Positions 17,935-28,919 of a stretch of DNA of 32,000 nt are shown in pieces. A program made the position numbers and the translations under genes. Positions within the stretch are counted from its first letter, which is position 1. Every line of letters starts with the position of its first letter. Source of the stretch: an uncultured Dehalococcoidia bacterium (lineage in GTDB: Bacteria > Chloroflexota > Dehalococcoidia > Lucifugimonadales > UBA1123); the NCBI GenBank assembly GCA_964588665.1, contig CAZPQQ010000007.1, positions 1 to 32,000 of the forward strand, in the 5' to 3' direction. The notes beneath the pieces were generated by a model. That model ran no database searches, was not told the DNA's origin, and saw nothing but the letters and a program-made list of their open reading frames with translations.

Positions 17935-19332
17935 ATGTGGATGAATACATCCTGCCGGATATGCGGACAAGAGAACTCCGCTGAAGCTCAATATTGCTCT
18001 AACTGTAGATCTCGACTGGCCACGGGTGACAGCTCGGGCGGAGAGACGGCGGCGACGAGACGAATCGGGTTTCTCGCGGGCGCGAGGCGCAGACATCTGA
18101 CCCTCTGGAGCATGGCCGTTGCGATCGTACTTGTCACGGGCGGTTGGATCGGCTACGCGAACCTAGCCTCGGCTCGTTCTTTTCCTCCTCCATCCTCAGA
18201 CGTCAGCTCCGCCCCGGTGGCGGGAGACTGGCCCATGGTCCAGCGAGAACCGGCTCATTCGGCGTTCGTCACCGAGAGCGGCGCCGAGTTGACGGGCAAC
18301 GTGAAGTGGCGCTTCGAAATCGACGCGCCCATCTTTTCGTCGCCTGCCGCCGTTGGGGATCGTTTGTACTTGAGCACCGGAGACAAAAGAATCTTGGCTC
18401 TCGACGCCGCCTCCGGCGACCTGCTCTGGGAGCACACCGTACTCGGCCCGGTGAACTCGTCGCCTGCCGTTGCCGGCGATCTCGTCTACGTCGGGCTCCG
18501 AGATGGCAGGGTGATTGCGTTGAGCCGGGAAACGGGTGAGAAACGGTGGGAATTCCAGACCGCCGACCTCGTTTATTCCTCGCCAGCCGTGTTCGAGGGG
18601 GTTGTTTACATCGGTTCGTGGGATGGCCGATTGTACGCACTGGACGCTGTCACCGGAGAGGAGCGCTGGAATTATCTGACTGGCGGTCACATCACATCAG
18701 ATCCTGCCGTGAACCAGGAAGTGACCGCGGTGATATCACAGGACTGGTACCTCAATCTGATAGACCTCGCCACCGGAAAGCATCGCCTGGATTTCAGGCT
18801 TGCCTCTGTCAGCGGATCGCCCACAATCCATGAAGACCTCGTTTTCGTGTCGGACGAACGCGGGGTTGTCAGAGCGATAGACTGGCAGGAACGTGAAGCT
18901 CGATTCGAGAAGCTTTCCCGTCGTCTGAAGACTCAGCTTTTCGCTTTCGGCCTTACGGATTCCCTTCCATCGTCAAAGGGATTCGTCTGGGGATTCAGAA
19001 AGCCAGGTGAGCGTTTCGTAGGCACACCCGCAGTGGCAAACGAAAAGGTCTATGCAGGCTCAGCCTCCGGAAACGTCTACGCGCTGGAGGAGTTCACCGG
19101 AGAACTGGTCTGGAGTTTTGCCGGGGAATCCAGCATAACGAGTTCGCCGTCAGTGGTTGGCCAGACGGTCTTCGTCGGAGATGAGAGCGGCCGCCTGTAT
19201 TCCATCGACGCACTCACCGGAGACTTGCGGTGGGAATTCGTGGCTGACGATTCCATTTCCTCCACGCCGGTTGTCGCCAACAAGACGCTGTATGTCTCTT
19301 CCCTGAGCGGGACCCTCTACGCCATCGAGTAG
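17935..19332 (+). CDS. Zinc-ribbon / single-TM / PQQ-like beta-propeller protein
   Basis: N-terminal CRIC-x10-CSNC (Cys7, 10, 21, 24) zinc ribbon, a TM segment LTLWSMAVAIVLVTGGWIGYANL, then repeated SSPAV.GD.VYVG..DGR.YALD..TGE..W propeller blades. Confidence 0.8.
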   Translation: MWMNTSCRICGQENSAEAQYCSNCRSRLATGDSSGGETAATRRIGFLAGARRRHLTLWSMAVAIVLVTGGWIGYANLASARSFPPPSSDVSSAPVAGDWPMVQREPAHSAFVTESGAELTGNVKWRFEIDAPIFSSPAAVGDRLYLSTGDKRILALDAASGDLLWEHTVLGPVNSSPAVAGDLVYVGLRDGRVIALSRETGEKRWEFQTADLVYSSPAVFEGVVYIGSWDGRLYALDAVTGEERWNYLTGGHITSDPAVNQEVTAVISQDWYLNLIDLATGKHRLDFRLASVSGSPTIHEDLVFVSDERGVVRAIDWQEREARFEKLSRRLKTQLFAFGLTDSLPSSKGFVWGFRKPGERFVGTPAVANEKVYAGSASGNVYALEEFTGELVWSFAGESSITSSPSVVGQTVFVGDESGRLYSIDALTGDLRWEFVADDSISSTPVVANKTLYVSSLSGTLYAIE

Positions 19333-19445
19333 CGTCAGAGCTCGATAACATGGGCACCGGCATATTTTGACTGAAGAGATTAGAAATGTGGCTGGCTCTC
19401 GCGTACTCGGGCCCGACTAAGCTTCGGCGTCAGCGTGTTTTCGAG

Positions 19446-22319
<2,874 letters not shown>

Positions 22320-22658
22320 GGGGCGCTGCTTCGGTCGGTCCGCATCGGTTTTATGGAAGGTCGCCTTGGGCGATGTGCTTTGCGTTTCAACGCCAGAGAA
22401 AGGGTTGTCCGGGAGCCATCAAACAGACGCAGGGGGCGTTTGCGGGCCAGATTAGGGTATAGGGCCGCCTGGCGTTCTGCGAGCCTCACCCCTGCCCTGT
22501 CGTCTAACGGACAGTGGATGAACATGAAACACGAGGAATGGCGTCCAACATCGAAGAGGAGTGGTGCGTCGACAGATCCGCACGTCTCAGGCGAATCGAG
22601 AAAGGCATGCCCGACGCACACGACCGCACGAAGCGCGCCGAGCGCCGCCTAACGACAA

Positions 22659-22702
22659 GGGAGGGGGTGCAGCGATCATTGTTGATCGCCATACCCCCTC
22701 CC
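22659..22702 (-). terminator. Strong GC-rich hairpin downstream of the ABC binding-protein gene (candidate intrinsic terminator)
   Basis: gggagggggt (22659-22668) pairs perfectly with accccctccc (22693-22702), and an inner gcgatca/tgatcgc stem extends it. It lies 32 nt after the stop at 22734. On the minus strand it is followed by TTGTCGTT, which is only weakly T-rich. Confidence 0.55.
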
Positions 22703-22733
22703 GCTAATTACGTCTTATCCGTTGCCGGGGGAA

Positions 22734-24686
22734 CTAGTCCCTGAATCCGGTCTCATCTTCCCTGAGGTCCTGGTCAACCCAGACGTACGCCCACCTGGAA
22801 GAGTAGTCCACGAATGCGAGGACGCGCTCTCCGTTGTGGTTCTTCAGCCAAGGCTGCCAGTAGTCGCCACCCAGGCCCGCGGGGGTCTGGACGGAGGCCG
22901 CCAACTCGAGGAATTTGCTGGAGGCTGCTTTAATCAGGCGCGCCTGCTCTTCTGAGTCGGTGGCCGTGAGAACGTCCTCCCACATCTGGTTGTACTCGGG
23001 GTCGTTCAGGTTCGACCGGTTCCACTGGTGGCCTACCCTGAAGTCGTTAAGAGCGTTCGGGCGACCGGTAACGTTGTTCGCGAAGAAGTCGAACTGCTTC
23101 TCGAACAGTCTGCTCTGCAGGACCGGGCCGTCGACGGGCTCCATGGTTACCTTGACGCCGATGTCGTCCCAGAATCCGATCGAAATCTCGGCTGCTTCGA
23201 TCTGCATCTGGTTGGAGTTTGAGATCAGCAGGTCAATCTCGAATCGCGTGCCGTCCGAACCTCTGGTCAGGCCGGCTTCATCCAGAAGCGCTTCCGCTCC
23301 GTCTGGATTGTATACGTGGTAGTCCTGCACCGATTGCGGCTGCATGGACAGATCTTCGTAGTGCAACGGCCATTCGGGCTGGAGCGGGAATGCCAGCATG
23401 ACGGAATCGCCCTCGAACAGCGCCCTCGTGTAGACGTCTCGGTCGATGGCCATGTTCATGGCGACGCGAACCTTGAGGTCGTCGAAGGGAGGCTTGTTCA
23501 TCGGCATGAAGTAGCCGAAGGAGTCTTCCATAGCCAGGGCTCGACCCAACTCAGGGTTGGATTCTTCCAAAGTTGGCCTGTCTGACGCACGAACGCGCAT
23601 CAGCTCGTCAATCTGTCCCGTTCGGAGGGCAGCCAGTCGTGTGGCTTCCTGAGGGATGATGACCTGAGTGACGCCGTCCAGGAATGGAATCTGATATTCC
23701 GTCCCGTCGAACGTATATTTGCCCCAGTAGTCGGGGTTCTTTTCGTGTTCGATAGTGCTGCCAGCGGTGTAGCCCTTGACCATCCAAGGTCCGGTGCCTG
23801 AGTGGTTCATCGGTTCGTCGGTGCCCAGTTCAATTGTCTCAGGAGCGTCGGCGATCAGATAAGGTCCCCAAGCGAACTCGTAGCCCCAGAAGGAGATGGG
23901 CTTATTGGTGTGGTACGTGACTGTGTCGTTGACTCCGTCGCCGTCTGAGTCGTCACTGGAGACGCTGTCCACGAAGTCGTGTCGGGGCCAGCGGCATTCG
24001 ATGACGCGCTGTGCATCGGCCGTGAGTTCGTCAGCAGTAACAGCCCTACCGAAGGTGGGATGTCTGTTCTGCCATTTGATGCCTTCGCGCAGGTGGAAGC
24101 TGTATGTCAGAGGATCGGGAACTTCCCAACGGTCTGCCAGCGCGCCAGTCGCAAGCTTGTCGGTTCCGATTCCGAGCCTCGGCTGGAACGTCGTCAGGCC
24201 TTGGCCTGATGGTCCCAGATCGTAGTCCCCGATCAGGAAGTTTTCCACCGAGAAGCTAAGTTGTGTCTGCGCTTTGAATTCGCACATGTCCCATTTTGCG
24301 CCCGGATCGGACCCAAGAGCCACCCTCAACGTTCCGCCATATTCCGGGCCGCCTGTCGTCTCAACGACTTTCGCCGTTGTCTGCAGTTGTACCGGAGATG
24401 TCGAGACTCCTGCTACAGCAGGGACCGCAGTGGGCGCCGCTGGCGCTGCGGGCGCCGCTGGCGCTGCTGGCGCTGGAGCGGCCGGGGCTGCTGCAGGGGC
24501 CGGCGCGGGAGCTGGCGCTGCGGGAGCTGGCGCTGCGGGAGCTGGTGCTGCAGCAGGCGCGGGCGCCGCGGGCGCGGGAGCGGCTTCTTCGTCGTCCGAC
24601 GAACATGCAGCCAGAACCAGAGCGGCGATCATCGCAACGACCACCAGTCCGATCCAGGACCTAAATCTACGATTGTTATTCAACAC
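22734..24686 (-). CDS. ABC transporter substrate-binding lipoprotein, family 5 (peptide/nickel, DppA/OppA-like) with a long Pro/Ala linker
   Basis: Lipobox ALVLAAC, about 58 aa of (P/A) low complexity, then an SBP_bac_5-like body (GGTLRVAL..., NPDYWG, PFDDLKVR.A...AIDR). Preferred start is the GTG at 24686, preceded by GGAGG with a 5-nt spacer. The track start is the GTG at 24698. Confidence 0.9.
   Translation of the reverse strand: MLNNNRRFRSWIGLVVVAMIAALVLAACSSDDEEAAPAPAAPAPAAAPAPAAPAPAAPAPAPAPAAAPAAPAPAAPAAPAAPAAPTAVPAVAGVSTSPVQLQTTAKVVETTGGPEYGGTLRVALGSDPGAKWDMCEFKAQTQLSFSVENFLIGDYDLGPSGQGLTTFQPRLGIGTDKLATGALADRWEVPDPLTYSFHLREGIKWQNRHPTFGRAVTADELTADAQRVIECRWPRHDFVDSVSSDDSDGDGVNDTVTYHTNKPISFWGYEFAWGPYLIADAPETIELGTDEPMNHSGTGPWMVKGYTAGSTIEHEKNPDYWGKYTFDGTEYQIPFLDGVTQVIIPQEATRLAALRTGQIDELMRVRASDRPTLEESNPELGRALAMEDSFGYFMPMNKPPFDDLKVRVAMNMAIDRDVYTRALFEGDSVMLAFPLQPEWPLHYEDLSMQPQSVQDYHVYNPDGAEALLDEAGLTRGSDGTRFEIDLLISNSNQMQIEAAEISIGFWDDIGVKVTMEPVDGPVLQSRLFEKQFDFFANNVTGRPNALNDFRVGHQWNRSNLNDPEYNQMWEDVLTATDSEEQARLIKAASSKFLELAASVQTPAGLGGDYWQPWLKNHNGERVLAFVDYSSRWAYVWVDQDLREDETGFRD
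24411..24584. repeat. GC-rich low-complexity coding repeat (Pro/Ala linker) including three tandem 15-nt units
   Basis: The unit gggagctggcgctgc occurs at 24507-24521 and 24522-36, and with one mismatch at 24537-51. It encodes (PAPAA)-type repeats on the minus strand. Confidence 0.9.
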
Positions 24687-25125
24687 TTTTACCTCCACGG
24701 ATTATGTTAAGTACCTAAACGCCCTTGCGGGCGACCACCTTCGTTCAACCAACGATCGGATTCGGGAAATGTCGAAGATTCTCCCAGTCTTGAATTCGGA
24801 GGCACAGCGCCCTAATCAAGCATTCGGATAGTATAGACCGCTCCTCCTACGGTCGTCAATCTTATTTCGCTCTAAATTCCCTAGTTTTGCCATCTAGCAG
24901 AGAATTACGCCTCAAAGGCCTAATTGGATTTGATCTCTACGAGAATTCGGTGAGAACCTCGCCATCAGAAACCTGGCAACAGCGCCAAGCCCTCACACGC
25001 CTGCCCGGATAGTCGCCCCGAGAACGGGAAGATCCGGCGTCTCGGTGAGCGCATCGCCCCGCAGCCACGCAAGCGCGTCAATGCAACCCTATCGCGACGA
25101 TCGCTGGCGCCTGCGTACGGTGATC

Positions 25126-26064
25126 CTAGAAACGTCCTCCCGACGTGCCTCTCAACTTCGGATCCAGAAGGTCCCTCAACGCATCGCCGAACATGTTGCT
25201 GCTGTATACGACGATGCTCAGGACAAGGCCAGGCCAAACGGACAACATGGGCGACGAGAACAGGTGATTCATCCCTGATCCGCTGAGCATGCCGCCCCAA
25301 CTTGGCTGTGGAGGCGGAACGCCGAGCCCGAGGAAGCTCAAACCGGCTTCCGCCAGCATCATGCCTGGCATGCGCGTGGTGACCAATACCAACAGAAACG
25401 GCGCCACGTTGGGAAGCATATGCCGCAGCAATATTCTCAACGTCGACGCGCCATTGGCCTGGGCTGCCTCAATGTACGCATTTTGCCTGATGCCGATAAC
25501 GGCGCCTCTCACCGATCTTGAGCCGCCGAGGCCATAGGACAACCCCAAAATGAATACGATGTTCCACAGTCCAGGCCCCACGACCGCAACCAATAGGATA
25601 AGCAGGATGAGGTCAGGGAATACCAGCCAAGCGTCGATAAAACGTTGGACAATGAGATCGACTTTGCCGCCAAAATATCCGGACGGCAAACCGATGGACA
25701 CGGATATTACCAAGGAGACCGCGCTGCCTACCACGCCGACGATCATAGAGATGCGAGCGCCGTATATGATGCGACTGAAGATGTCGCGCCCCAGGTTGTC
25801 AGTGCCCAGAAAGTGCTCGAACGACGGCCCCGCCAGAAAGTCTTGGCGAGACATTTCGTTGAATCCAAATGGAGCAAGTACGTTGGCGAAGACACCGGTG
25901 ACGAAGAATACCAGCACGATGGCCGCTGAGGCGGTGCCCAACGGCTTCGTCTTGACCAGTCTGACGAAAAAGTCCATGGCCCGGCTTCGTTGCCGAAGCG
26001 GCCTCGTGACTTGCCTCGGCGCCTCGACTGGCGTCCCCGGGACTCTAGCTTCCTTTTCTTCCAT
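25126..26064 (-). CDS. ABC transporter permease (DppC/OppC-like)
   Basis: BPD_transp_1-type membrane protein with the N-terminal DppC-like FLGTDNLGRDIFSR motif and an EAA-like loop (AYIEAAQANGAS). GAGGAG lies 8 nt upstream of the ATG. Confidence 0.9.
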   Translation of the reverse strand: MEEKEARVPGTPVEAPRQVTRPLRQRSRAMDFFVRLVKTKPLGTASAAIVLVFFVTGVFANVLAPFGFNEMSRQDFLAGPSFEHFLGTDNLGRDIFSRIIYGARISMIVGVVGSAVSLVISVSIGLPSGYFGGKVDLIVQRFIDAWLVFPDLILLILLVAVVGPGLWNIVFILGLSYGLGGSRSVRGAVIGIRQNAYIEAAQANGASTLRILLRHMLPNVAPFLLVLVTTRMPGMMLAEAGLSFLGLGVPPPQPSWGGMLSGSGMNHLFSSPMLSVWPGLVLSIVVYSSNMFGDALRDLLDPKLRGTSGGRF

Positions 26065-26079
26065 TCTTCCGGTTCTCCT

Positions 26080-27045
26080 CTACCTGTAACGGATCCTTGG
26101 GTCTAGCAAGGCGTAGCTCAGGTCGGTAAGCAGAATGATTATGAGTACGAAGACGCTGAACACCAGCGTCACACCGACAATCACCGGGTAATCTCTGATG
26201 AACGCGGCCTCCACTGCCAACCTTCCCATGCCCGGCAGACCGAATATCTGCTCGATAATTACCGAGCCTCCCACCACGACCGGAACGTTCAATCCTATGA
26301 CTGTGATCACCGGGATCAGCGCGTTCTTGAGCGCGTGCCTGAGAACGACTATCCTTTCGTTCAGTCCTTTCGAATAGGCGGTCCTGATGTAATCTTCCCT
26401 CACAACTTCCAGCATCATCGTTCGTGTCAACCTCATGTTGACCCCGTTGATGGCCATACCCAGGATGGCCGCCGGAAGGATGTACATTTTCAGGTTGCCG
26501 ACCGGATCATCCCAAAGAGAGATGTTGATTATCGGGGGTGACCACCCCCACCACACGGAAGGGAACACGACCACCATAATTCCCACCCAAAAAGACGGAA
26601 CGCTGATCAATAATATGGCGAAGCTGCGGGCGACATAGTCGCCCACCGTATCTTGTCTTATAGCAGAATATATGGCGATCGGAAACGAGATCAACAATGC
26701 GATAATTATAGCCAATATGCCCACTTCGGCCGTCACTGGCAATCTCTGGAATATGTGATCCTTGACTTCGCCTCCCAAGAATATTGCCTCACCCAGGTCG
26801 CCGTGAAGCAGAAGGTCTCGCCACCACCGCAAATACTGGATATGTATCGGCGCGTCCAATCCCAGGGACGCCTCAAGTTGCGCTCGCAATTCTTCCCGGT
26901 TTTCTTTCCCGGAAAGATCCATTTGGCCAACCAAAACGTCGATCGCATCGCCAGGAATGAGACGGATAGCGACTGTCGTCAGCGCAACGACGAGCAAAAG
27001 TGTTGGAATGGCTAGCAGCAGCCTTCGAGCTATGTAGGTCCTCAT
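26080..27045 (-). CDS. ABC transporter permease (DppB/OppB-like)
   Basis: MRTYIARRLL..IPTLL start and YIRTAYSKGL EAA-type loop, both characteristic of DppB/OppB. Length 321 aa. Confidence 0.9.
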   Translation of the reverse strand: MRTYIARRLLLAIPTLLLVVALTTVAIRLIPGDAIDVLVGQMDLSGKENREELRAQLEASLGLDAPIHIQYLRWWRDLLLHGDLGEAIFLGGEVKDHIFQRLPVTAEVGILAIIIALLISFPIAIYSAIRQDTVGDYVARSFAILLISVPSFWVGIMVVVFPSVWWGWSPPIINISLWDDPVGNLKMYILPAAILGMAINGVNMRLTRTMMLEVVREDYIRTAYSKGLNERIVVLRHALKNALIPVITVIGLNVPVVVGGSVIIEQIFGLPGMGRLAVEAAFIRDYPVIVGVTLVFSVFVLIIILLTDLSYALLDPRIRYR

Positions 27046-27060
27046 AGTCCGGTGTTACCC

Positions 27061-27846
27061 TCAGTGATCAACTCGGATCCCCCTAGCTTCAAGCTCAGGG
27101 ATCACTACGTCTACGGTGTTTGCGTCCAAAGGAGCGCCCCACAGTGTAATCTTGGTTCCTTCACCGAGCGTGGACTCCAAGAATGGCGACAGATCAGTTA
27201 TCTCGTTTTGCGAAAGTTCTACGAATGTGAGGTTTGGCAGCGACGCCAAAGGGGAAATGTCAACTATGTTGTTGCTGGTGAGATTCAGAATGGACAATTC
27301 CGTCATATTTGCCAGCGCCGAGATGTCGACTATATGGTTTTTTTGTAGGTTTAGTTCGGTCAATTGGGTGAGCGAGCCTAGGGCTGATATGTCGGCAACT
27401 TCGTTGTCTTGAATCCACAGAAACGTAAGATTGACGAGTGGAGCCAGTGCAGAGATATCGACTATGTCGTTCTGCGTGAGGTTGAGTTTGGTCAATGTAG
27501 TAAGCGAAGACAGTGTTGAGATGTCGCTGGTTTTGTTCTGGGTCATGTCGAATTCATTTAGATTGACGAGGTATTCTAAACCGGAGAGATCGGTAACATA
27601 AAGATCCAACGCCACGCCGAACTCGGTTAGTTGCGCCAGATCAGCGATAGCTATGGGACCGTAGGGTTGTTTCAACTTCTCCCGTATCCTCTCCTCGATG
27701 ACCTCGTCCGGGAAGATGGCCACGTCTGCGCCTGCCGCGTCAGGCGCTCCGGATGGCTCTTCGCTCGACTCAGAAGACGAGCCACAGGCGAAAAGCGCGA
27801 GCACCATTACCGGGACAATGAATACGAGCAACCCTAAGCGACTCAC
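27061..27846 (-). CDS. Leucine-rich-repeat (internalin-like, 22-aa unit) lipoprotein
   Basis: Six to seven tandem 22-aa units of the form LxxLxxLxxLxLxxNxIxDIsx (e.g. ISALAPLVNLTFLWIQDNEVAD, ISALGSLTQLTELNLQKNHIVD), encoded at about 27181-27645. Lipobox ALFAC. Preferred start is the GTG at 27846, preceded by GGAGG with a 6-nt spacer, giving MSRLGLLVFIV... The track start is the TTG at 27921. Confidence 0.8.
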   Translation of the reverse strand: MSRLGLLVFIVPVMVLALFACGSSSESSEEPSGAPDAAGADVAIFPDEVIEERIREKLKQPYGPIAIADLAQLTEFGVALDLYVTDLSGLEYLVNLNEFDMTQNKTSDISTLSSLTTLTKLNLTQNDIVDISALAPLVNLTFLWIQDNEVADISALGSLTQLTELNLQKNHIVDISALANMTELSILNLTSNNIVDISPLASLPNLTFVELSQNEITDLSPFLESTLGEGTKITLWGAPLDANTVDVVIPELEARGIRVDH

Positions 27847-28246
27847 TACGTTCCTCCGAAGTGTTAATGGCCATCGTCCGTTTGTTGAAGCATCTTTCCC
27901 GATGGAATTCGGGCGTCTCAAGACCCACCGAACGTAGGCGGCCCAGACTAGGGTCAGACTATACGACGGCCTACCGATGCTGTCAACCGACGTGCGATGC
28001 GTGAACTCATGATTTTTCGGCGTCCGTACAATGCCAACTTATGAAAGGTTTTTTCACTAGTTGATTGGGCGGGGGGCTCAAGCAATGATCAGGACAGAGC
28101 CGGTCGTTAATCGTGCATCGGAAGCCTATGGCGGGAGAACCCTGCAAATACCACGGTACTCTAGCAGTGTCTGGGCGTCCATTTCAAGTAATATCGTCCT
28201 TTACTGTCCTGCGGGGAAAGCGTAGCGACATTGAGCATCGGAAGAT

Positions 28247-28272
28247 AATTCAGGAATGTTATATCCTGAATT
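28247..28272 (+). other. Perfect 9-bp stem / 8-nt loop hairpin followed by a T-run
   Basis: aattcagga (28247-28255), atgttata, tcctgaatt (28264-28272), then ttattgg. It looks like a terminator on the plus strand, but there is no annotated upstream plus-strand gene. Confidence 0.3.
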
Positions 28273-28382
28273 TTATTGGATGAAAACAAAGCTCCATCTT
28301 CGGGTGTCGGACTCGCGGAATCTTACCGACTTCCGATTCTCAACGCACAAATACACTGCCAATGCACCTGATTTCCCGTAAT

Positions 28383-28400
28383 ATCTTTCACGTGAAAGAT
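28383..28400. promoter_or_regulatory. 18-nt perfect palindrome (candidate operator for a dimeric DNA-binding protein)
   Basis: atctttcac|gtgaaagat, centred on CACGTG, inside a ~1-kb non-coding region between divergent operons. Confidence 0.3.
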
Positions 28401-28546
28401 TGCCGCCTGCCAGTAGTTATGAGTGTGCACGAACGAGAGGCAATAGGCATGGATCAGCCCAGAATGGCGCGAAAGGCTTGGAAATTCCGATCCTCTCCCA
28501 TCGTGCGCAGTGGCGCTAGGGGCCACCCGGCATCTCCTTTACCCCC

Positions 28547-28584
28547 TGTTGCCGCAGCACTCCGTTGTTGCCGCAGCACTCCGT
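28547..28584. repeat. Perfect 19-nt tandem duplication
   Basis: tgttgccgcagcactccgt occurs at 28547-28565 and again at 28566-28584. Confidence 0.9.
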
Positions 28585-28819
28585 CGCCCGTTAACGCATC
28601 GAGATCGGTCTCGTGGCTACTGACAACTGGCACGGTTCATGATACCGAAAGGCAACACCACACAGCGCACGACATTTCTCCAGGCGGCCAGTCGGGCTGT
28701 CGGTCGGCCCTCCGGCGGATAACCGTCGAGAGCGATTTGGTCTGAGGCTCGCGCTGTTCAGCGCAACTCGGGCACGTATCGCGGCATCTACTTTGGCAAC
28801 GCGCCTATGGTGACGCGCC

Positions 28820-28848
28820 TTGACGGGCACGACCGTTGCTCGTAGACT
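28820..28848 (+). promoter_or_regulatory. Candidate sigma-70-type promoter for the CoA-transferase operon
   Basis: TTGACG (28820-25), a 17-nt spacer, then TAGACT (28843-48), about 70 nt upstream of the ATG at 28920. Confidence 0.3.
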
Positions 28849-28919
28849 GCGAGAGTCGAACTAGCCTGAGCGGCTTCGTCGGTCAGCCCCGCGAGTCGCC
28901 TGTGCTACAACTCTTTTCG

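Noticed and set aside
24411-24584. GC-rich short tandem repeats that superficially resemble a repeat array
   Set aside because: This is not a CRISPR array: there are no spacers, the units are 15 nt, and the region is in frame within the binding-protein gene, encoding a Pro/Ala linker.
24700-28500. Calling the lower-G+C segment a genomic island or mobile element
   Set aside because: There is no integrase, transposase, tRNA attachment site or flanking direct repeats in the window. The composition alone is insufficient, so it is reported only as an observation.
27922-28919. Possibility of a known structured RNA (tmRNA, RNase P, SRP RNA, or common riboswitches such as TPP, cobalamin or SAM) in the 1-kb gap
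   Set aside because: Reading by eye, I could not find any of the conserved core strings I know for these families. Only a covariance-model scan could settle it, so no RNA gene is called.
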